Source of the DNA: Clostridia bacterium
GTDB taxonomy: Bacteria; Bacillota; Clostridia; TANB77; CAG-465
Length of the DNA: 64,000 nucleotides
Direction: 5' to 3'
NCBI GenBank assembly: GCA_029256705.1
Contig: JAQSXK010000006.1
Coordinates: 3,021 to 67,020, forward strand
Below the pieces are notes generated by a model that was not told where the DNA came from, searched no databases, and saw only the letters and a program-made list of their open reading frames with translations. Made by a program: the position numbers and the translations under genes. How positions within the stretch are numbered: position 1 is the stretch's first letter; each line of letters begins with the position of its first letter. Positions 35,286 to 45,067 of the stretch are shown here, piece by piece.

Positions 35286-35801
35286 TCACTTAAAATTATA
35301 TATAACAGTATTATTATTTCTTAAACTTTCTTTGCAATCTATTGATCTTTGGTTTGTACTTCCTCTATAAGCTAAAACGTCACTTTTAAAATTAATATCA
35401 AATTTACCGTCAATAAGAATATCTGTATTATTTAGTAATGAATTAAAGCCATTATTTTCATTTGAATTTTTTAATAAAAATTCAAATTCATATCCTGTAT
35501 ATACAATCACATCTAGTTTTTTTCTATCTAATTTTGATAGTAGTTGTGATACTTGGTTAGCTTGCATAAATGGCTCTCCACCACTTACAGTAATACCTTT
35601 TAAGAGAGGATTTTTAGTAATATCGGTTATAATATCATCTATAGCTATAAGATTTCCACAATTAAACGAATGAGTTTGAGGATTGTGACATCCATCACAT
35701 TTATGTGGACAACCTTGTGTGAATAATACGTATCTTATTCCTGGTCCATCTACAATTGACTCTTTAACTATTCCAGATAACCTAATTTTTTCATTGTCCA
35801 T
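35286..35801 (-). CDS. nrdG: Anaerobic RNR activase NrdG
   Basis: SIVDGPG, CPHKCDGC, SGGEP, RGSTNQ. Confidence 0.97.
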   Translation of the reverse strand: MDNEKIRLSGIVKESIVDGPGIRYVLFTQGCPHKCDGCHNPQTHSFNCGNLIAIDDIITDITKNPLLKGITVSGGEPFMQANQVSQLLSKLDRKKLDVIVYTGYEFEFLLKNSNENNGFNSLLNNTDILIDGKFDINFKSDVLAYRGSTNQRSIDCKESLRNNNTVIYNFK

Positions 35802-35829
35802 AAAAATACCTCCGTATTAAAATTTTATA

Positions 35830-38151
35830 CTATAATGAGTGTTTTATTCTGTCTTTCTCTTCTGATTTTTTTGCATTATTAAATCTATCTATTGTACCAA
35901 CTAAGTATCCAGTAATTCTTCTTATTCTTTCAAAGCCACCTAAATCATTTTCAAATTCTTTTCTACCACATTGAGGACATGTGTCTCCAATTATTCCTGT
36001 GTAACCACAAACAGGGTCTCTATCTACTGGATGATTAATTGAACCATATCCAATACCTGATTCTTTCATACATCTTATTATTTGTTCAAAAGCTTCTAGA
36101 TTTTTTGTAGGATCACCATCTAATTCTACATAACTTATATGACCAGCATTTGTTAATTCGTGATATGGTGCTTCAATTCTAATTTTATCAAAAGCGTTTA
36201 TTTTATAATATACTGGAACATGAAAAGAGTTTGTATAATAATCTTTATCTGTTACTCCTTCAATGTTTCCAAACCTTTTTCTATCCATTTTGACAAATCT
36301 ACCAGATAGACCCTCTGCTGGAGTGGCAAGTAATGTATAATTAAATCCACTTTTTTCCGCTTCTTCATCCATTCTTTGTCTCATATGTTTTACTATTTTT
36401 AGTCCTAATCCTCTTGCTTCTTCAGTTTCGCCATGATGATTACCAATAAGAGATTTAAGTGATTCTGCAAGTCCAATGAAACCTACAGATAGAGTGCCAT
36501 GTTTTAAAATTTCTCCAACTTCATCTTCTAATTTTAATTTTTCAGATCCAAGCCATACGCCTTGTCCCATCAAAAAGGGATAATTCAAAACTTTCTTCTT
36601 TGCTTGAATTTTATATCTATCCATTAATTGTTCTATAACAAGATCAATTCGCTCATCTAGTAATTTAAAGAATAAATCTACATTATGATTTGATAATATA
36701 GCAAGTCTTGGTAAATTTATTGAAGTAAAACTTAAATTACCTCTACCACAGACAACTTCATTTTCTTTATCATAAATATTAGCCATTACTCTGGTTCTAC
36801 ATCCCATGTATGCTACTTCACTGTTATAGTCTCCCTTTTTATAGTATTTTACATTAAATGGTGCATCAATAAATGAAAAATTAGGAAATAGTCTTTTAGC
36901 TGAAACTTTACATGCTAACTTAAACAAATCATAGTTTGGTTCACCTTCATTGTAATTGATTCCTTCTTTAATTTTAAATATTTGTATAGGGAATATAGGG
37001 GTTTCTCCAAATCCAAGACCAGCATCTGTTGCAAGCAGTAAATTTTTCATTACAAGTCTTCCCTCGGCAGAGGTGTCTAATCCATAATTTATAGAGCTAA
37101 ATGGTACTTGTGCGCCTGCTCTTGAATGCATAGTATTTAAATTATGTATAAATGCTTCCATTGACTGATATGTTGCTTTATCAATTTCTTTGTATGTATA
37201 TTTATTTACGAATTCTTGAATTTTATTTACTATATTTTCACTAAATTCTTTTAATAAAATGTTTTTTTCTTCATTTAAATAGTTATTTGTATTTTCTAAT
37301 GTAGGTATCATATTTTTTGTGGATTCAATTTTATTAATCAAATCATTAACATAATTTTCGGTATCTGATTTTTCAGTAAGTAATTCGATTGCTTTAATTA
37401 AATTCTTTACATGTAATTTTTTATATGTTTTTCTTACACCAATTGCTAATGCATATTCGAAGTTTGGTATACTCTGTCCACCATGTTGATCATTTTGGTT
37501 AGATTGTATTGCAATTGCAGCAAGGGCTGCATAACTTGCTATATCATTTGGTTCTCTTAGATGACCTTCACCAGTTGAAAATCCGTTTTCAAATAATTTG
37601 ATTAAATCTATTTGAGTGCATGTAGTTGTTAATGTTAAAAAATCTAAGTCATGTATATGAATGTCTCCTTCTACATGTGCTTTAGAGTGTTTTTTATCCA
37701 AAACAAACATTTGATAGAATTTTTTAGCACCTTCACTACCGTACTTTAGCATTGTACCCATAGCTGTATCTGCATTTACATTCGCATTTTCTCTTTTTAT
37801 ATCGTTATCCTTACTGTTTGAAAAAGTTAATTCTTCAAACGTTTTCATTATTTCACTATTCATTTCTCTTAATCTTGTTCTTTCAGCTCTATATAATATA
37901 TAAGCTTTTGCAGTGGTTGCATGCCCTTCTTCAATTAATATTTTTTCTGTGGCATCTTGGACTTGTTCAACAGTTGGAACATTTCCATTAATTTTTGATT
38001 CAAGATATTCACAAACTTTTTGTGCTAGCTCCTCGGCAATTTCATAATCATGACCTCCAACTTCTACTGCTGCTTTATAAATTGCTTTTGAAATTTTTTC
38101 GACATTAAAGGCTACTTTTCTGCCATCTCTTTTTATTATTTTAGTTATCAT
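35830..38151 (-). CDS. nrdD: Class III ribonucleoside-triphosphate reductase
   Basis: ATP cone, HIHDLD, QHGGQ, YMGCRT, TPAEG, glycyl-radical motif RRITGYL. Confidence 0.97.
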   Translation of the reverse strand: MITKIIKRDGRKVAFNVEKISKAIYKAAVEVGGHDYEIAEELAQKVCEYLESKINGNVPTVEQVQDATEKILIEEGHATTAKAYILYRAERTRLREMNSEIMKTFEELTFSNSKDNDIKRENANVNADTAMGTMLKYGSEGAKKFYQMFVLDKKHSKAHVEGDIHIHDLDFLTLTTTCTQIDLIKLFENGFSTGEGHLREPNDIASYAALAAIAIQSNQNDQHGGQSIPNFEYALAIGVRKTYKKLHVKNLIKAIELLTEKSDTENYVNDLINKIESTKNMIPTLENTNNYLNEEKNILLKEFSENIVNKIQEFVNKYTYKEIDKATYQSMEAFIHNLNTMHSRAGAQVPFSSINYGLDTSAEGRLVMKNLLLATDAGLGFGETPIFPIQIFKIKEGINYNEGEPNYDLFKLACKVSAKRLFPNFSFIDAPFNVKYYKKGDYNSEVAYMGCRTRVMANIYDKENEVVCGRGNLSFTSINLPRLAILSNHNVDLFFKLLDERIDLVIEQLMDRYKIQAKKKVLNYPFLMGQGVWLGSEKLKLEDEVGEILKHGTLSVGFIGLAESLKSLIGNHHGETEEARGLGLKIVKHMRQRMDEEAEKSGFNYTLLATPAEGLSGRFVKMDRKRFGNIEGVTDKDYYTNSFHVPVYYKINAFDKIRIEAPYHELTNAGHISYVELDGDPTKNLEAFEQIIRCMKESGIGYGSINHPVDRDPVCGYTGIIGDTCPQCGRKEFENDLGGFERIRRITGYLVGTIDRFNNAKKSEEKDRIKHSL

Positions 38152-38187
38152 AAAAATACCACCCCTTGTATTACATAAAATGTAAAA

Positions 38188-38203
38188 ACACTATATATTG
38201 TGT
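38188..38203. promoter_or_regulatory. NrdR box
   Basis: ACACTATATATTGTGT matches consensus acaCwAtATaTwGtgt, about 37 bp upstream of the nrdD start. Confidence 0.9.
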
Positions 38204-38385
38204 TTATGAAGTAATTATAACATAAGTAAAATTTATTGTCAATGTATTTTAATAAGATTTTTAAAATGTAATATTTATGACATATTGAACTAATTTTCTA
38301 CATAAATTTATGTAAATAAAATAGTATATAAAGTAAATCAATTGCATATAATTTTAATATGAAAAAAGTTATAAAACTCATTTTT

Positions 38386-38450
38386 TGTCGAAACTTGCGA
38401 CCGAAAAAATGACAGCAGATATTGACAACTGTGTCATAAAATGGTATTAT
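38386..38450 (+). promoter_or_regulatory. Spo0A box and SigA promoter of the spo0E-like gene
   Basis: TGTCGAA 38386-38392; TTGACA-17-TATTAT 38422-38450. Confidence 0.7.
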
Positions 38451-38470
38451 ATTTGCGGAAGGGTGATTTG

Positions 38471-38623
38471 ATGGTACAAGAAAAAATTATTGAATTGAAG
38501 AAAAAATTAGATGATCAGATAATGAATAATGATTTATATGAGAAAATATATAAAACTAGTGTGGACATTGATAAGTTAATAATAGAATATTACAAACAAT
38601 ATGGACTAAGTGGGGTTAAATAG
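38471..38623 (+). CDS. Spo0E-family aspartyl-phosphate phosphatase
   Basis: IIELKKKL...IYKTSVDIDKLIIEYY resembles the SQELD motif. Confidence 0.8.
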   Translation: MVQEKIIELKKKLDDQIMNNDLYEKIYKTSVDIDKLIIEYYKQYGLSGVK

Positions 38624-38989
38624 TCGTTTGAAAATATCCATATTTTTAAATGTGTCCAATGAGATATCAAAAAGTAGTAGTCCAAGAATTATAAGTAATA
38701 AATAATCTCGTTTATTTTCCATGAACAAGAATATTACGATACCTACTATTATTATGTCATCGATATTAATTGATAGTCCAAATAGAGAAAGTCTATCTCT
38801 ATTTGGTTTAGATGGATCACTCACAAATTCTTGAGACTCTTTATTATCATCAAAAGAGATTTGACTCATGATTTCGTTAGTAGCTTCTTTTTTTGAGTCT
38901 GTTTCAATAATAGGATGAACGGGAGCAGGTCTAGTGTACATATTGTTGTATGGTATGTAATTATTATAATAGTTAGTATTATGTAACAT
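38606..38989 (-). CDS. Hypothetical sporulation-type protein
   Basis: Y/N/P-rich N-terminus, LFGLSINIDDIIIVGIVIFLF. ATG 38989 after GGGGAG. Confidence 0.65.
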   Translation of the reverse strand: MLHNTNYYNNYIPYNNMYTRPAPVHPIIETDSKKEATNEIMSQISFDDNKESQEFVSDPSKPNRDRLSLFGLSINIDDIIIVGIVIFLFMENKRDYLLLIILGLLLFDISLDTFKNMDIFKRLFNPT

Positions 38990-39419
38990 TATTACCACTC
39001 CCCTTATCATCAAATATACCTAACGCACTTCCAATAGTTAAGTATGTTAAATACTCATTTATTTTCTCTTGCCTTGATTTTCTAAGAAAAGGTTTTAGAG
39101 AAATAAGTAAATTTTTTCTAGGATCATCTTTGCTCATTGAAGACAATATTTTCTGAATTTTCATCATTGTATTTACATCAAATCCAGATTCATTACTTCC
39201 AAATAATCCTGCTAAATTTAAATTATTTAGTACATCGGATATGTTAAAATTGTTGTTTTCTTTTTTACTTTCTTTTTTTTGCTCATTTTTAAAAAAATTT
39301 TCTTGCATGTATTCTATATTATTTTTTTCTTCTTTTGGACTTGGCGGCTTTTCTTCACTTAATTTGGATTGAATTCCCTGTATCAATTCAAATAAATAAT
39401 TATTATCTTCTTTATCCAT
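38979..39419 (-). CDS. Hypothetical sporulation-type protein
   Basis: DDPRKNLLISLKPFLRKSRQEKI motif, common in clostridial spore-related hypotheticals. Confidence 0.7.
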   Translation of the reverse strand: MDKEDNNYLFELIQGIQSKLSEEKPPSPKEEKNNIEYMQENFFKNEQKKESKKENNNFNISDVLNNLNLAGLFGSNESGFDVNTMMKIQKILSSMSKDDPRKNLLISLKPFLRKSRQEKINEYLTYLTIGSALGIFDDKGSGNNVT

Positions 39420-39430
39420 CTTTAATTCAC

Positions 39431-39607
39431 TTATTTTCCGTCTTGTGAGTTGTTATTCACATTTTTGTTTAACATTCCAACTAAATTATTTAAATCTTCT
39501 TTAGACATGCCGCTTACCATTTTTCCAACTTGTTCAATTTTACTTCTATCAACCCCAGATAGTAGTTCTAATAGTTTAGAATTTAACATATTATTCATGT
39601 TACTCAT
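39431..39607 (-). CDS. Small hypothetical protein
   Basis: RBS GGGGG; first gene of a three-gene unit, with a mother-cell-type promoter (AC...CATATAAT) upstream. Confidence 0.65.
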   Translation of the reverse strand: MSNMNNMLNSKLLELLSGVDRSKIEQVGKMVSGMSKEDLNNLVGMLNKNVNNNSQDGK

Positions 39608-39689
39608 ATACATCAACCCCCTTAAATAACTTATATATTGTAATTATATGCACCTTATTAAAAAGTGTGATTGAAATGCGAGGTGAAAG

Positions 39690-39788
39690 ATGCTTAATTT
39701 TAAAAAAAATAATTTTATAACTAAAAATATATATGCGGATATATCTATATTATATGATATTGTTGATGTTAATGATAATGTGATATAA
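39690..39788 (+). pseudogene. 5' half of an interrupted small gene resembling the YabG N-terminal domain
   Basis: RBS GAGGTG + ATG; MLNFKKNNFITKNIYADISILYDIVDVNDNVI* aligns by eye with YabG MDTFKIGDVVARKSYNMDILFKITGINKEII. Confidence 0.5.
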
Positions 39789-39828
39789 TAATTTTAATTA
39801 AAGTAAAATATATGAAAGGTGGATAATA

Positions 39829-41955
39829 ATGAAGATTGATTTGCACTGTCATACAATGAAAGTAAAAAGTGGTGATTCGGTAAAAAGAAACATAGATGCA
39901 GACACATTTGTAAGGAAAATAAATAATGCTGAAGTTAAAATTGTTGCTATAACAAATCATAATTTATTTGATATTAATCAATATAATAATTTCACACAAA
40001 AGGCAAATAATGAATTTCAAATATGGCCAGGTATTGAACTTGACATTAATGATATAGAGAATAAACGCGGACATCTAATTGTAATAGCAAATCCAGCGAT
40101 TGTTGAAGAATTTCATAAAACAACATTGGAACTTATAAATGGTATACATCCAGATACATTTAGTGCTGACATAGAAAAGGTTATAGAAAAATTTAATAGT
40201 AAAGATGTAATTTACATTGCACATTCAGGTGGAAAGAAACAATCGCTTACTGATGAGACAATTAAAAAAATAGATTTTATAATTAAAGAAAAATATAGGT
40301 TGTTTAAGGAACCTAGTAACTTTAAAACTTTAAGTATAATGTCTAATGTAGGATTTAAAGTTATCATAGGAAGTGATGTTTCAGATTGGGATAAGTACAA
40401 TGATTTTAAATTTGCGGAACTAAAATTAAAAATAGACAGTTTTGAACAGTTTATTCTATTATCTAAAAAAGATGTGGGAACAGTTAAGACACTATTAGAA
40501 AAAAAACAAAAGCAAGATCTGCAAATAAAAGTTAGTATAGATAATAATAAAAAGGTTGATATGAGTATACCTATTTATAATGATGTTAATATATTGTTTG
40601 GTGCTAAGGGTACAGGTAAGACAGCAATATTATTGGGCTTAAATGATAAGTATAATAATGATGGTGGAGATATTTCTTTTTATGCTGCTAAAGATTCGGA
40701 TAGCATTATAGATAATATGTTAAAAGAAAATAAGGGAGAAAGAAGTCTAAAAAAGTTAAATTTAGAATATTTGAAAACATGTTTTGAAGATATAAAAAAA
40801 TGGAGAGAGACAACCTTTACTGAAATAAAGCAATATATAAATTATTGTGAAACAAAAAATTTTAATACAAATAAGAATAATTTAAAAATAACAATTATGA
40901 GAAAATTAAACAATATAACTCCTAAGAAATATAGGGCTGAAAAAGAAGTATTAAGTATAATAGAAGATATAATTAATAATTACAAAAAAATAGGATTAAA
41001 AGAAATCTTAAAATCAAAAGAGTTAATAGAACTAACAAATATTAATAATAAAATATTTAAAAGTATTGAAGAAAAATTAAAAAAAGAATATATAGAATAT
41101 CTTTCAAAAGAATTTACAAATAATTGTATAACAAAAATCAAAGAAAGAGCCGACATCTACACAACTTCAAAGTCTTTGCCAAATAGTACTGGCTTTTTAG
41201 ATTTTGCAAAAAATAGGCTTGTTTTAAAGATAAATATAGATAGAATATTAGTTGGTTTTAATGAGGCAAAAATTGAAGAAAAAACTAAAGTTGGAGAGTT
41301 AGATAATAATAAATGTATATATTTAAAGACAATATATAAAGCTTATTCTAAAGGAGACAATGGATTTAAATATGGAAAACACAATAAGAATTTGAAACCT
41401 ATATTTGAAATTATTAGTAAAATAAAAGAAAACTATTTTGAAAGCATAAACGATGATATGATGAAATTGATTGCATTAATAATTGATGAAAATATTGATT
41501 TTGAAGATTTTGTAGGAATTAAAAAAAGTTTTGTTAATCAAGATGATGCAGAATATACACCTTCAGATGGAGAAAAAATAATGCTGGTATTACATAAAGC
41601 TTTAATGGCGAATAAGCAAATATACATATTAGATGAACCAGAAAGAAGTTTAGGCAATTCTTTTATTAATGATGTGGTTCTTCCAAGAATAAATGATATT
41701 GCAAGAGAAGGAAAGACGGTTATAATAGCTACACATAATGCAAATATAGCTGTAAGAAGTTTACCTTTTGTTTCAATACTAAAAGATTATAATAATGGAA
41801 AATATAATACTTATATTGGAAATCCATTTACGAACAAGTTAATTAATACTGAAAATGAAATAGATGTAAAGGACTGGAAAGATGAGAGTATGAGAATATT
41901 AGAAGGTGGAAAAGAAGCTTTCAATGAAAGAGAGGATATTTATGAATCAAGATAA
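39829..41955 (+). CDS. PHP phosphoesterase fused to an ABC/SMC-like ATPase (Ppl-like architecture)
   Basis: PHP motifs DLHCH, ITNHN, PGIE, GH, IAH, GSD. Walker A GAKGTGKT, helical insert, signature SDGE, Walker B ILDEPE, H-loop ATHN. Confidence 0.85.
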   Translation: MKIDLHCHTMKVKSGDSVKRNIDADTFVRKINNAEVKIVAITNHNLFDINQYNNFTQKANNEFQIWPGIELDINDIENKRGHLIVIANPAIVEEFHKTTLELINGIHPDTFSADIEKVIEKFNSKDVIYIAHSGGKKQSLTDETIKKIDFIIKEKYRLFKEPSNFKTLSIMSNVGFKVIIGSDVSDWDKYNDFKFAELKLKIDSFEQFILLSKKDVGTVKTLLEKKQKQDLQIKVSIDNNKKVDMSIPIYNDVNILFGAKGTGKTAILLGLNDKYNNDGGDISFYAAKDSDSIIDNMLKENKGERSLKKLNLEYLKTCFEDIKKWRETTFTEIKQYINYCETKNFNTNKNNLKITIMRKLNNITPKKYRAEKEVLSIIEDIINNYKKIGLKEILKSKELIELTNINNKIFKSIEEKLKKEYIEYLSKEFTNNCITKIKERADIYTTSKSLPNSTGFLDFAKNRLVLKINIDRILVGFNEAKIEEKTKVGELDNNKCIYLKTIYKAYSKGDNGFKYGKHNKNLKPIFEIISKIKENYFESINDDMMKLIALIIDENIDFEDFVGIKKSFVNQDDAEYTPSDGEKIMLVLHKALMANKQIYILDEPERSLGNSFINDVVLPRINDIAREGKTVIIATHNANIAVRSLPFVSILKDYNNGKYNTYIGNPFTNKLINTENEIDVKDWKDESMRILEGGKEAFNEREDIYESR

Positions 41956-42253
41956 TATTGTAAAGGTTATTCTAAAGAAAAACTTAAAAAATCAGGATGT
42001 ATTAGAATTTAATTTTTTTAAAATTCAGCATATAATTTTAACAAGCGAAAATGCAAATAATTTAAAAAATTTTTTTGAAATACTATTATTAGAATTATCT
42101 AAAAAACCATTTATTTTAGAACTGGTAATTGAAAAAGATTATGAAACCGTTTTGTATAAGGATGTTGCTATGGCATATATAGATTCATTAAATGATGAGA
42201 TAATTGAATTAATTGACTCAGAAGAATGGAAAGAAGTTTTTAAGAGTAATTAA
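41942..42253 (+). CDS. Small acidic hypothetical protein coupled to the PHP-ATPase
   Basis: RBS GAGG + ATG 41942 overlapping the upstream gene's end by 14 nt; 103 aa. Confidence 0.75.
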   Translation: MNQDNIVKVILKKNLKNQDVLEFNFFKIQHIILTSENANNLKNFFEILLLELSKKPFILELVIEKDYETVLYKDVAMAYIDSLNDEIIELIDSEEWKEVFKSN

Positions 42254-42284
42254 TATTGTGTAATTTAATATTAAGCTTATTTAA

Positions 42285-42437
42285 TTAATTAAAAATATAT
42301 CTAACAAACAAAAGACAAGCGTAATGAATAATGATGTAATGAAAGCAGCAAAAATTATTTTAAATATGACGGAGTTTGTAAATAATAAAAAAGATAAACT
42401 TTCACTAACACAACTAGATGTATGTAAAAGTATTTAA
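42285..42437 (+). pseudogene. Putative 3' half of the interrupted small gene
   Basis: Stop-free frame LIKNISNKQKTSVMNNDVMKAAKIILNMTEFVNNKKDKLSLTQLDVCKSI* with no convincing RBS; continues the YabG-N alignment. Confidence 0.4.
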
Positions 42438-42493
42438 TTTAAATCACTTTCTAGGCTAAATTATCATAAGATATTCTAGGAGGTGATTATTTA

Positions 42494-43351
42494 ATGGATA
42501 CATTTAAAATAGGTGATGTAGTTGCAAGAAAATCATACAACATGGATATATTATTTAAGATAACAGGTATTAATAAAGAAATAATAGAACTAGCTGGTCT
42601 TACGGTTAGAATTGTGGCGGATTCACCTGTAACAGATTTAGTACATATATTAGAATCCGAAGTTAAAGATAGAATGAAAAAAATAGATGATTCAAGAAAA
42701 ATAAGAATGAATAGATGTTACAATAATATAAATAAAAAATTTAATATTAGAGATACAACATCAGAAAATCCAAATGTTTATGTAAAAGAGAAAATTTTTA
42801 AAAGACCAGGAGTAATATTACATATAGATGGCGATTCAGAGTATACTGAAAAATGTAGAGAAAATTATAAGAGAATGGGTCTTACTGCATATGTATATAA
42901 TATAAGTGAAGAAGAACAGTATAAACAGATATACTCATTGCTTCAAAAAATAAGACCGAATATTTTGATACTTACAGGTCATGATGCTTTCTTAAGAAAA
43001 AGAAATGATATATATAACATAAATAACTATAAAAATTCAAAATACTTCATACAGGGTGTTTTGGAAGCAAGAAGATATGAACATAATTTAGATAATTTAG
43101 TTATATTTGCAGGAGCTTGCCAAAGCTATTATGAAGCGATAATATCTGCTGGCGCAAATTTTGCTTCGGCTCCAAAAAGAGTTTTAATAGATATGTTAGA
43201 TCCACTTATAGTTGCTGAATCAATAGCATATACACCAGTTGATAAATTTATTCCTCTTGCTAGTATAATTTCAAATACAAGGGAGGGAATTGATGGAATT
43301 GGGGGGGTACAAACTAGAGGGCAATATAGGGAAGGTATGCCAGGTATTTAA
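42494..43351 (+). CDS. yabG: Sporulation peptidase YabG
   Basis: GDVVARKSY, PGVILHIDGD, LTGHD, FAGACQS, GANFAS. SigK-like promoter AC-17-CATAAGATA upstream. Confidence 0.96.
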   Translation: MDTFKIGDVVARKSYNMDILFKITGINKEIIELAGLTVRIVADSPVTDLVHILESEVKDRMKKIDDSRKIRMNRCYNNINKKFNIRDTTSENPNVYVKEKIFKRPGVILHIDGDSEYTEKCRENYKRMGLTAYVYNISEEEQYKQIYSLLQKIRPNILILTGHDAFLRKRNDIYNINNYKNSKYFIQGVLEARRYEHNLDNLVIFAGACQSYYEAIISAGANFASAPKRVLIDMLDPLIVAESIAYTPVDKFIPLASIISNTREGIDGIGGVQTRGQYREGMPGI

Positions 43352-43454
43352 AATACTAATAAATATTAATTGATTGTAAAATTATGAAGAATATAAAATA
43401 AAAAAATTATATATAAATCGGGTCATATGCCACAAAATGGCACTGTTGCGCTAT

Positions 43455-43520
43455 TTCGACAAAACTAGACTGTAAAATTTTAGCAGAAGACTTGATTTCT
43501 TATATTTAATTGTGTATAAT
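43455..43520 (+). promoter_or_regulatory. Spo0A box and SigA-like promoter of spo0A
   Basis: TTCGACA 43455-43461; TTGATT-17-TATAAT 43492-43520. Confidence 0.7.
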
Positions 43521-43557
43521 TGTAATGTACTAAGAGATAAGGTATGGGGGTAATAAA

Positions 43558-44370
43558 ATGATTCAAAAGAAAAAGGTTATGTTGCTGGATGATAATAGGG
43601 AGTTCGTAATGCTTCTTAAGGAGTATATAAATCTCCAAGAAGATATGGAAGTAGTTACTTATGCGTATGATGGGACAAATGCTATGAAACTTATGAAAGA
43701 AACTAATCCAGACGTGCTACTATTAGATATTATAATGCCTGAAAAAGACGGGTTGACAGTTTTAGAAGAAATGTCTAAAGAAAATGAGCATAAAATGCCA
43801 TTAGTAATAGTAATGTCTTCAATTGGCCAAGAAAGAATAACGCAAAAGGCTATATCACTAGGAGCAACATATTATGTTGTAAAACCATTTGATATGAAAA
43901 GTTTAACTGAAAGAGTTAGAGATTTAATGTCGCCAGATAATTCAACAACAACTATCAATAGTAGATTTACATCTAAAGATAATGTTTTGGATACTAGAAG
44001 ACTTAATACTAGTCTAGAAGTAAGAGTAACAAATGCTATACATGACGTTGGGGTTCCAGCACATATAAAAGGATATCAATATGTTAGAGAAGCAATAATT
44101 ATGACAGTAAAAAATGAAGATGTTATAAACGCTGTTACGAAGACATTGTATCCAAACCTATCACATATGTTTGATACAACACCATCTAGAGTAGAAAGAG
44201 CCATAAGACATGCTATTGAAGTGGCGTGGAATAGGGGACAAATTGAGGTTCACGATAAGATATTTGGATATACAGTAAATTCAAATAAAGGAAAACCAAC
44301 AAATTCTGAGTTTATAGCAATGATAGCAGATAAATTGAGATTAGAAGAAAAAGCTGCTGCTAATATGTAA
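43558..44370 (+). CDS. spo0A: Sporulation master regulator Spo0A
   Basis: Receiver [46 protein letters not shown]. Confidence 0.99.
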   Translation: MIQKKKVMLLDDNREFVMLLKEYINLQEDMEVVTYAYDGTNAMKLMKETNPDVLLLDIIMPEKDGLTVLEEMSKENEHKMPLVIVMSSIGQERITQKAISLGATYYVVKPFDMKSLTERVRDLMSPDNSTTTINSRFTSKDNVLDTRRLNTSLEVRVTNAIHDVGVPAHIKGYQYVREAIIMTVKNEDVINAVTKTLYPNLSHMFDTTPSRVERAIRHAIEVAWNRGQIEVHDKIFGYTVNSNKGKPTNSEFIAMIADKLRLEEKAAANM

Positions 44371-44466
44371 ATTTAAAGAATGCTTTGTGTTATTTTAACA
44401 TAAGGTATTTTTTTATTTTGTGAATAAACAAAAAAACGTAGCAATAACTACGTTTTTATTTATATG

Positions 44467-45030
44467 TTATTTTTTAAATAAATGCAAAAATTTACTAACC
44501 AGTGCAACAATTTTAGTTGTATTATGTTTAGCAACCGTTTTGCCTATTGCTTTACCACCAACTGTTAATGAAGCAACTAATGCACTAATAAGAAACTGCA
44601 TATTAAAATTTAACCCAAAATCATTAGTAATTTTAACCGCAATTAAAGCACTTATTGCACCACTTAAAACGCCAGATATATCACCTACAACGTCTGCACA
44701 AAAATTAGATACTTTATGTGAGTTACGTATAAGCTTAATTGCTGTCTTAGATCCTCTTAATTTTTTACTAGCTTTGGCATGAAATTCTTCTTCATTTGCT
44801 AGTGTAACAGCAACACCAATTATATCAAAGAAAATACCAACAAATATAACAATTATTAATACTAATATTGCTACAAGAATAGGTAAATCTTTTATAGATT
44901 CACTTGAAATATAAGAAAAAAATAAAGATGATATAAAAGTTAAGACAAAGATAGAAATCAACCATTTAAGTGTAGACTCGTCTGACTTTACTTTTTTATA
45001 TCTTTTTTGTTTTAAATCTTTTGTTTCCAT
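44467..45030 (-). CDS. oapA: OLE-associated protein A (DUF21/CNNM-like membrane protein)
   Basis: Four TM segments, FDIIGVA, FHAKASKK, FCADVVGDISG (DxxGD), LTVGGKA; immediately downstream of the OLE RNA. Confidence 0.9.
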   Translation of the reverse strand: METKDLKQKRYKKVKSDESTLKWLISIFVLTFISSLFFSYISSESIKDLPILVAILVLIIVIFVGIFFDIIGVAVTLANEEEFHAKASKKLRGSKTAIKLIRNSHKVSNFCADVVGDISGVLSGAISALIAVKITNDFGLNFNMQFLISALVASLTVGGKAIGKTVAKHNTTKIVALVSKFLHLFKK

Positions 45031-45067
45031 TTTGTATTATTTACAACCCCTATTTAAAAATTATTTA

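Noticed and set aside
39765..39812. dif/Xer-like site or direct repeat at the PHP-ATPase cassette ends (vs 42278-42300)
   Set aside because: The similarity is only A/T runs and is not distinguishable from background.
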